A model generated the notes under the pieces. That model saw only the letters and a list, made by a program, of their open reading frames with translations, was not told the DNA's origin and did not search any database. Shown here piece by piece: positions 52,667 to 64,000 of a stretch of 64,000 nucleotides of DNA. The position numbers and the translations under genes were made by a program. This stretch comes from Lama glama (Eukaryota): assembly GCA_028534125.1 (NCBI GenBank), contig CM052816.1:930001-994000 (forward strand), read 5' to 3'. The first letter of the stretch is position 1. Each line of letters starts with the position of its first letter.

Positions 52667-53774
52667 TAACCTCCTTCCAGACTCTGGGACTCAGTTCTCT
52701 CTCCCCTCAATCCATTCTCCCACTGCAACTAGTATGAGTGGTCTTTATTTCTTTTAATTTTATATTATAAAAAATGTAAACATAACAGGAAAGTAGTATA
52801 GTACAGTGAACTCCATACATCCATCACAGTTATTAGAATTCCATTCAACAGTGATTAGAATTCTCCTACCTTTGTTTCACGTTTCTCTTTTTCTTTGTTG
52901 AAGTATTTTAAAGGAAATTCCAGACATCATACCATTTCACCTAGCATAGTTCAATCTAAAAAAAAAAAGACACTTATAACATAGCCACAGTGCTGTTACC
53001 TCACACCATCCTAAATTAACTCTGATTCCTTGATATTATCTAACAGAGAATGGCAGACTTTTGGGTTTATGGCCGGCAAACTGAGAATGGTTTTCACATT
53101 TTTTAAGGGTGTTAAAAAGAAACCAAAAAGAAGAAAGACAGAAAAATAAGCAGTAGATTTGAATGTGACCCCCAAAACCTAAAATGGTTTCTATCTGACC
53201 CTTTGCTAGCTCCTGATTTGATGGAATAAGTTATCTCCAAAATGCATATCCGAGTTTGCTACTCTTTGCCTAAAACTTCTGGGGGTCAAGTCTAGACTCC
53301 TTAGTATGACGGGCAGACCCTGGTGCAGCCCTTATTTTTGCCCACCTGTCCAGCTGTACTTGCCATCCTCTGTTCCAGATGTCCAGTGGGTGGTGAACAC
53401 CCGCCCCTTTGCCCCTGCTGTTCTCTCTGTTACAGCTGTTTATCTCTTCCTGAAGCTCTACTTAGTTTTTTGAAGCAATCTACCCCTTCCGCCTCTTACT
53501 TCATCCATGCCTCATGTCTGCCATTTTTATTGTGTTGGTTATTTTCCTGCCAGACTCACCTACTAGTTTTGCAAGTCCTTGATGGACTTGTCTTATCCAT
53601 CTCTGTGACCCTAGGACTAGCCCAGTCACTGGGGAGAAAAGCAGGGTACGGATCATAATAGAAGTTCCTTGGGCAATACTCAGCCTCAGGTATAACTGAG
53701 ATACTAGAGTGCATCTTCAGTATTATTTATAAGGGTAACAATATTTTGTTACATTCTCTTTACAGTTTAGCAGC

Positions 53775-54005
53775 TGTCTTAGTCCACATGGGCTGCTATG
53801 ATAAAATACCACAGACTAGGTTTTTAAGGTGGCTTATAAACAACAGAAATTTGTTTTTTCTGTTCTGGAGGCTGGGAAGTCCAAGATCAAGGCACCAGGG
53901 GATCTCTGTGGGGTGTCTTTTATTGGAACACTAATCCCATTCATGAATGCTCCACTCTCATGACCTAAGTACCTCCCACAGACTCCCCCCTTGTAATACC
54001 ATCAT
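53775..54005 (-). mobile_element. MaLR (MLT1A/MST-like) LTR fragment
   Basis: TGTCTTAGTCCA...GGCTGCTATGATAAAATACCACAGACT...TTCTGGAGGCTGGGAAGTCCAAGATCAAGG. Confidence 0.75.
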
Positions 54006-55114
54006 GTTTTAGTGTTTTTCTGCCTATGTTTTTGACTGAACTTTTCTTCACCTTGGATTAACTATCTATTTTCAATGAAGATGCACGTTTATATTGCTAT
54101 TTTGATTTCAGTCATTAAGAGGATTGGATGAACTACATCAGATGATGGAATACACTGCTTCCACTGAGAGGAGGTTAAGCAGGGCTAGAACAGGGAGACT
54201 CCTGGAGTCTGCCTGGGTCAGGGAGGTAAACAGTGAAGTATTTGTAATTTCATGCAGAGCAGGGCAGTCAGCAGCCAATCAAACACGGAATCCCAGAGGA
54301 CACGAAGGGGCCTGAGAATGAGCCTATCAGAGAAGGGAAAGGGTCCACCTGAACTATGGATCAGTAAGTGTGGTGTCAGCAAGGAGTAAATTAGCATGGC
54401 CCCTTCGGTGTCCAGCAAGTCACTCCAGCTGCCCAGGTGCAGAGGGCTTGAAGAACCTCACCAAGTAGCCTGGGAACACCTAATGGGGAGTGCCCAGGTG
54501 TGCATTTTACAGAACTCTTGACAGCTGTTGGAGGAAGAATTGGACAGGGATAAGAGTGAAGGTAGGGAGACTATGGCAGAAGGGAATTTAGGAGGCTTAA
54601 CCTAAGAACTTAGTATTAGGAATGGGCGTGGGGACTTGAGAACTGTGCAGGCAGCAGAATCAGCTGTTCTTAAAGTCTTTTGGACGTGGAGTGATAAGGG
54701 AAAGAGAGGAGCCCATGTCTGATTTAGGCAACAGGGAACAAGGTGGATATGAGGCTCTATAATTGAAGAGAGTGGTCTGGGCCAGAGATGAGGCTCTGCC
54801 AGACAGCTTGTAGGAGCCATGCGCATAGACAGGACTGCCCAGGCAGAGTATGTAGAGTCAGCAGAGGAAAGGGCCAGGACGGAACAGGGGGCCAGGAACA
54901 TCCAGGGGCCAGCAGGCAGGGGAGTCAGCACCTGGCCCCGAAGAAACTAATGCAGCACGGACTGAGTAGAAGAAATCAAGTTGAATAGATGAGGCATGAG
55001 GGGAGATGAGACGTGAAGACCTTTTTCCACACATAACTGAACAGGAGGCAAGATGGCGAAAGCAGTACCTGGAGGGGAAGGTGTAGTTGAGAGAATTTAA
55101 AATTTACATTTTGG

Positions 55115-56930
55115 CATTTTTTAAACTTTTTATTTGGAAGTAATTTCAAATATACAGAAAGAATTTCAAGGATAAGAAAAGTGAAAAAAATACACTTATT
55201 TACCTGTGCTTAACATTTTCCTTTGTCTTCTTTTTGTTGCTCTTTCATGCATATATATATATATTTTTTTTTCCACCAAAGCATTTGAGGGTAACTTACA
55301 TCATGGCCCTTATCCCTAAACACTCAGTGTATGTTTACAAGGGTTGCATAATTACAGTATGTTGATATTTTTGCCTAACTTAACTATATTCCAGTTTTGT
55401 CAGTTGACATAATTATTTTTTATAACAGCTTTTCCCTCCAGTACAGATCCAGTTGAGGTCAGGTATTCAATTTAGTGGTCAAATCTCTCTAGTCTTTTTT
55501 CATATGGAGCATTTCTGTAGCCTTTCTTTGTCTTTTATGAAAATGATGCTTTTGAAGAATATAAATATCTTTTAGTAGAATGTTCTTTATTTTGGAAGAT
55601 TGCCTGATTTACTTGATGTTTCCTTGTGTTTCAGTTCAGGTAATGCTTTCTTACAGGTGATGTATCCTCAGGGTGTCACATCTGGGAGCACATGATATGT
55701 ATGTGCCCCCACTGGTGGTATTAATTTAAGACATCTTGCCAAGGCACTGTCTAATCTCTACACTGTAAAATTACTATTTTTTTTCTTTTAGGAATATTTT
55801 AAGACCATGCATATATACAGCTCCTTCTCAGAATTTTGCCCTGGATTTAGAATCCATCAGTAATTCTCCCTAATCCAGTCTCTACTCTGATTGTTGCAGA
55901 ATGTGATTTTTTTTCTTCCCAGTCTTCTTACTCCCTCCACATTTACTGACTGACCCTGTAATTTAAAATAATGCTGTGATGAATAACTTTGTGCATATAT
56001 ACTTTTGTATTGGAAGTGTATCTTCACTATAAATTCCTAGATGGGATTTCTGGATTAGAGTATAATGTGTACATAGTTGTGTAGATTTTGGCAAATTTCC
56101 TTCAACAGGTGTTACGCCAGTTTGCATTCCCAGTGATGGATGAGAGTGCCTGTTTCCCCACACCCTCACCCACAGAGTATGCTATTAAGCTTTTGACTGT
56201 TTGCCAATCTGACAGATGAGAAAGGAGATCTTAGTATAATTCTTATTTGCATTTCTCTTACTATGAGTGAAATTGAAAATACTTTTAAGGACTGTTTTAG
56301 TATTTCTTTTTGTGAATTGTCTATTACGTCTTTTGCCCATTTTTTCTGTAGGATTTTTAGTCTATTTTTTTCCAATTTTTAAAGATTCTTTGAATATTAG
56401 GGTACTAGGCCTTATACATGATGTATGTTGCAAATACTTTCTGCCTCTTGATCATTTATTTCTTGATTTTGCTCATGATATTTCTGCCATGCAATTTTAC
56501 TTTTATTTCTATACAGTCAGACTTACCAGTCTTTAATTGCATCTGGGTCACAGAACACTCTCTGTGTATTCAGGTTATAGAGGCATTCACCTGTGTTTTC
56601 TTCTAAAATTTGTATAGTGTCACTTTTTAATATTTAGAGTTCTGCTACATTTGGAGTTTATTCCTGTGTGTGGTGTAAAGAATGAACCTAATTTTATTTT
56701 TTCCAAGTGGCTTTATAGTTGTTTCAACACTATTAAAAAGACCCTTTTTGCCTCAATAATTTGATATGCCATCTTTATCATATACTTGATTTCTGTGTGT
56801 AACTGGGACTGTTTCTAGATTTTGATTCCATTCTGTTTATTTATACACCAATATCACACCGTTTTAATTTTAGCAGCTTTTTGGTGTATTTATCTATCTA
56901 GTGTGGCTAGTCCTCCTCCCTTGTAGCCCT
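55115..56930 (-). mobile_element. Ancient L1 (L1MC/ME-like) remnants in the ZFP62 intron
   Basis: Degenerate antisense L1 3'/ORF2-end text (GAGAGTGCCTGTTTCCCCACACCCTCACC, TTTGCATTTCTC). Confidence 0.6.
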
Positions 56931-57869
56931 TCCTTCCAGCCCCCCCTGATAAATTTTGTGTGTTTTCCTGGCAATTTTAGGGGATTTGGTTTTAAGGCTG
57001 TAGAAACTTGAACATCTTTCCTTTCTGAGGGCTGAGGGTGAATAGAGTTGGAGGGGCCAAGGCCAAGGGAATGGATGGAACATGATCACTGGTGTGGTGG
57101 GAGCAGGATTCAGCACAGATAAAAGGTGTGTTGCTGTTGATGGTCTGGAATTCCACTGCCTGCCCATTAGCCCTCACATTTTAAGTGACATGGACTGCTT
57201 TGCCCCAGGTAGTAAAGAAAGGAAGCAAGGAACTTAGGTTGCGCCATCATTCCTCGGTGACTTCTAATGATCTCTTATCTGATACTACTTAACAGTCATT
57301 TTGTGAAGCTTTCTCAGGTGAACCACCTTTGGTTTAAATGTCTACTGAGTGATTATTATTTTATCTTCCTGGTGATATTCTGAGTTCTTGGCCCCTGTTC
57401 TGTAAATTTTAATTCAGAATTTGTCATTCCAAACCCATTAGCATAAGTTGGATGATGAGTGTGATTCTTTATACATGTCCACTCCAGAGTATACATCTTA
57501 TTTCTCTTTTATTGCCCCTGCTTCCTTGTCACGTGTTCATGTATAGAATTTCTAAATAGAGTTACAGAGTACTGACCAAGAGAGTCTGACATCCCGGGTA
57601 AGAGAAGAGGTCTGAATTTTAACTCAGCCTAATCACAAATGTCTGATTGTCTAAGTTGGTGGGAGATGTCTCAGGAGTCAGTCTTTTAGTTGGTAGCCAG
57701 CTGTGGGTAGACTGCCTTAAGGAGAACAGAGAGTCACTGCCTGGCCCCTCAAGTCTGGCTGGAGAAGGATTTTACCTTTCCTGAGTCCTGTGCTTTATCC
57801 TCAGGTTCCAGCCCGGATCCAGTAACTTGGCCTTGTTTGAATAATAAAATAGGTGATATAGCATATAGA

Positions 57870-58035
57870 ACTAACCAGGTGACTGGCATTGTTCTCAGTG
57901 CTTTATATAGGTTATTTAATTTAATACTCACAGCAGTTCTGTTGCCCTCACTTACAGACGAGGAAGCTGTGGCATAAAGAGGTTAAATAACTTTCTTGAG
58001 GTCACACATCTACTAGGTATTTGAACCTAGGCAGT
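57870..58035. mobile_element. MIR SINE fragment
   Basis: TTACAGACGAGGAAGCTGTGGCATAAAGAGGTTAAATAACTTTCTTGAGGTCACACA...TTTGAACCTAGGCAG. Confidence 0.75.
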
Positions 58036-58689
58036 ATTAGTTCCTTTGCTTAATGGTTTGTGTTTTAGCTTCTGATCTTTGATATGCTCTGACTCAAGTC
58101 AGCTGTTCATAAAGTAGGAGTGAAAGCTCTTTGCCTGGAAGGCCAGAGTATGTTCTTCCATGTAGAGTTCCTCCCTGACTAAACTGCTCTCCAGGGTCAG
58201 TATTTTCTTTGGGGGTGGAAATCCAGCAGGCCATACCAATAGCAGGCAGCTGTAGCTTGTTTTCTTTCTTATCTCTGACCTGACTGTCCTCATGACTTCA
58301 TAACCAGCTCTCCAATACCTTTGCCCATGTACTCATTTCTCCTTTAGTTTTGTCTGCCTTCTGCTGATTATGTCTTCTTAGCTTTTGTCTTATTAATCTT
58401 TCTTTCTCTTAATTCTTCAGAGATTCCTTCTACCCTCTGTTTTTCCAAGACTAGGTGGCATTTTTCAAAAACTGATCAATGTTACCCTTGGTTCTGTGCC
58501 TTATTTCAACCCATTTCAACTTGCCTTCATGCTAAGCTGTTTTGCAAGAATAGAAAAGCTCTTTGTTCCATTGACAATCCAGGGCTCTGGCATTTTCACA
58601 CTAGCTCCACAGGGGCAGAAATGTTGGCCTGTCCAGTATTGTATCCATCAATAAACATTTGTTGAGTGAATGAATGCTTTTGGATGTAA

Positions 58690-61464
<2,775 letters not shown>

Positions 61465-62586
61465 GAGGCAGAGCTTACCAAGTATCAAAGAACTCAAGTG
61501 GAAGAAAAACCTTACAAGAGCATCTGAGGTCATTGTTCATGGCTTATGATTTACATAGTATAAGTGAATTCATGAGTAACTTTTTTCTGTGATTTTTCAA
61601 TCATAGCCAGCAAAGAAGGTTCCAGTGTCAAAGTAATTGAGCCTTTATGGAATATAAAATAGTTTGTACTGGGGATAAAACCTGTCAAAGTGATGGAGCA
61701 GACATTTCTGGACATAAATGAAAACACACATATGAGGAAAAGACTTCAATTAGAAGTCATATAGTCACCATCAGAAAGTTCACATTTGGGTAAACTCTGA
61801 ACAGAAATGTAGGAAATTCAGGTATAGCCTTGAATCCCAGTTATCCACTGGTCAGTGGAAAAGACCCAAGAAGGACCTCCAGTAGGCAAATTCAGGGGGA
61901 GAGAGGCTTCAGGGAATATAAACCCAGATAGCAATGATCATGAAGTATAACCTTGACATAACTAAATGATTTGGGGGAGTGATGGCAACTTCTGAAACAC
62001 AATTTGGATTTCACTGTAGGAAATGTAAAAAGTGTAGACTTATAAATCTAACAGGAGATAAGAAAGTCACTCATAAATAAATGCAAGTTGACTGTGCTGT
62101 CCTGTTGTAATGTTGTGATATACTATTTTAATGGGTAAAACTTAAAATTTCAAATGAACCCCCTCAATGAATGATGAATGTGTGATAAGTGAAAACCTCA
62201 CACGTTATGCTACAAAGGAAGGGTTTTACCATGGAGAGAAATTCAGCACATTCGATGACTAATGGAACACATCTCAACATGAATTTGCACCTTACACAGA
62301 AAGAATTGATTCAGGGATTCCTATGAATAGGAATGCTGAGAAGGAGGGCATTTTATTGCGGGAGCTGAAAAGCTAAGTAGCTACTAGTAATCAAAGGATA
62401 GTAGGAAACTCATTCTTAACCTGTTAAATGTTTGATTGTTTTGGATTGTGTTATTGTAAAGATTTCATTCATTATGTGTGTGTATTGTCTGTTGTAAAAT
62501 GTTATGCATACTTTGTTGAGGGCTCACTCTCTTGGCCACGAAGAGCCAGATAGTGGCTCTTATAAGGCAAGGTAAGGTGAAACTCC

Positions 62587-62592
62587 AATAAA
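62587..62592 (+). terminator. Candidate ZFP62 polyadenylation signal (alternative AATAAA at 62076-62081)
   Basis: AATAAA ~1.1 kb after the stop, downstream of UGUA/U-rich sequence. Confidence 0.4.
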
Positions 62593-64000
62593 GAAATTCT
62601 TCAAAAGTGAACAGGCTGTGACATACTTTAGGTGGAGTAGCATACGGAGAAAGCCACTTGTCTGTCATATCTTTGTGGGGTAAGTTATACCAAATCCAAA
62701 TCAAGGAGGCAGCAGGGGACTCATCCCACAGGGCTAGTAGCTCAAATTTCATGAGAAATTAGGTGGCGCCTCCATCAGGAGAAATGCAGATTGGATTGAT
62801 CCTGCTGGGGCTGGATCCTAACCCCTGGGAGTGGACAGGCTGTGTGAGTGGTCCAGTCTTTACACAGAAACAGTTCTCTTGGGAAGAGTAGAAATTAACA
62901 CAATATTGTTAACAATATATAAGGCAGGTAACTAGGAAACTCAGGGTAAAAAGAGAGTCTTCTGAGAATTAAGTAACCTGTTCGAGAATACTCTGGGTAG
63001 GGTCTGTTAGTAGAGGCTGAGTTCTAAGTCAGGTCTCTGGCTCCAAAATCTACTCTTAAAAGAGAACAGTGTCTGGTCACATAGTTTCCTGGTTCTCTCC
63101 AGAATTCCTTTTTTTATACACATGCCTCTCTCTAGGAGTATTTCTCTCACTCTGCCTTCAAACTAGGTAAGTTTTGATGGAGGGGGTGGAGGTGGGAGGA
63201 TTATGGTAGAAAAAGGAGAGGGAAGGCATTTCTGCCACTCAGCTCCACTTGGGAGTGTCACAGCCACACCTGCTCTTTGTCCTCTACATGCAGCACTGGC
63301 AAACCTGACCCCATCCATAGATTTGTATTAATTTATTCAGCAAGTACTTGCTGACGATCTGCTAGGCACATTGTCCTAGGCACTAGGTAGCAGGAGTAGG
63401 TAGTGGGGAGAGACCACAAACAAAGCCACCCTAATGGATGCTGAACTAAACCATAAATGTTGCAAGGAAAGTGAGCTGCAGCCACTGGAAGGGAGGCAGG
63501 GTGACATCTAAACAGGATGTTGATTGGGTCTTTTTAAGAGAGAGGAGTGGGAAATAGGATGGCCTGATCAAAGGCAGCATCGGAAATGCTTGTGCATCCT
63601 CCAGGGTGTCCAGTCCTTGGCAGGCCTGGTACACAGTGGGCAGAAAAGAAAGAGGCTGTAGAGTACTGATTTCCAGTAGCCACTGAGCATCAACATCCTT
63701 TCATTTGCTGAATATAGGACCAGCTCTAACTGTTTGAGATGATCAGATTACTTAAAGTTTTCATGTGGCCAGGGCTGTTGGTGTGCTAGTGGCTTGAGGC
63801 CCCCAGCCCCCTCACACACACACCTGCATGAGCTCCACCTGGACCTATTGCATCATGTTACTTTTGAGAGAGACACAGGTTAGGTAACAAGGTAGAAGAA
63901 GATAGCTACGACATGAATGGGGATTCAGAGTGTCCCAGCCCACTGAACACCAGGGCATGTTCCCACTGCAGCCTCCATTGACTCAGACACAGAAAATGGG

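Overview
Mammalian genomic DNA, probably camelid: it carries seven copies of a tRNA-derived SINE resembling the camelid Vic-1 family. Three protein-coding genes can be reconstructed. (1) An intact family-2 olfactory receptor (OR2V-related, + strand, 10540-11472) with a 5' intron acceptor and an O/E + homeodomain promoter signature about 1.5 kb upstream. (2) BTNL9 (- strand, 10 coding exons, 31240-18070: signal peptide, IgV, IgC, TM, five short coiled-coil exons, B30.2). (3) ZFP62 (+ strand, CpG-island exon 1 at about 50.1 kb and a 26-finger C2H2 exon at 58748-61464). The OR2-BTNL9-ZFP62 order matches human 5q35.3 as recalled, but no BTNL8/BTNL3 genes are visible. The rest is mostly L1 fragments, solo LTRs, SINEs, old DNA transposons, microsatellites and a 500-N gap. 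Most notable: the ZFP62 start codon is split by an 8.6-kb intron (A|TG), and a competing donor 4 nt downstream gives C|TG instead; a BTNL9 21-nt exon has AT instead of GT at its donor; BTNL9 has an early TAG in front of a conserved-looking C-terminal tail; an 88-bp direct repeat brackets the ZFP62 promoter; and decayed zinc fingers continue past the ZFP62 stop. No wholly new gene system could be supported. Comparisons with human proteins are from memory, and repeat family names come from visual recognition, not database searches.
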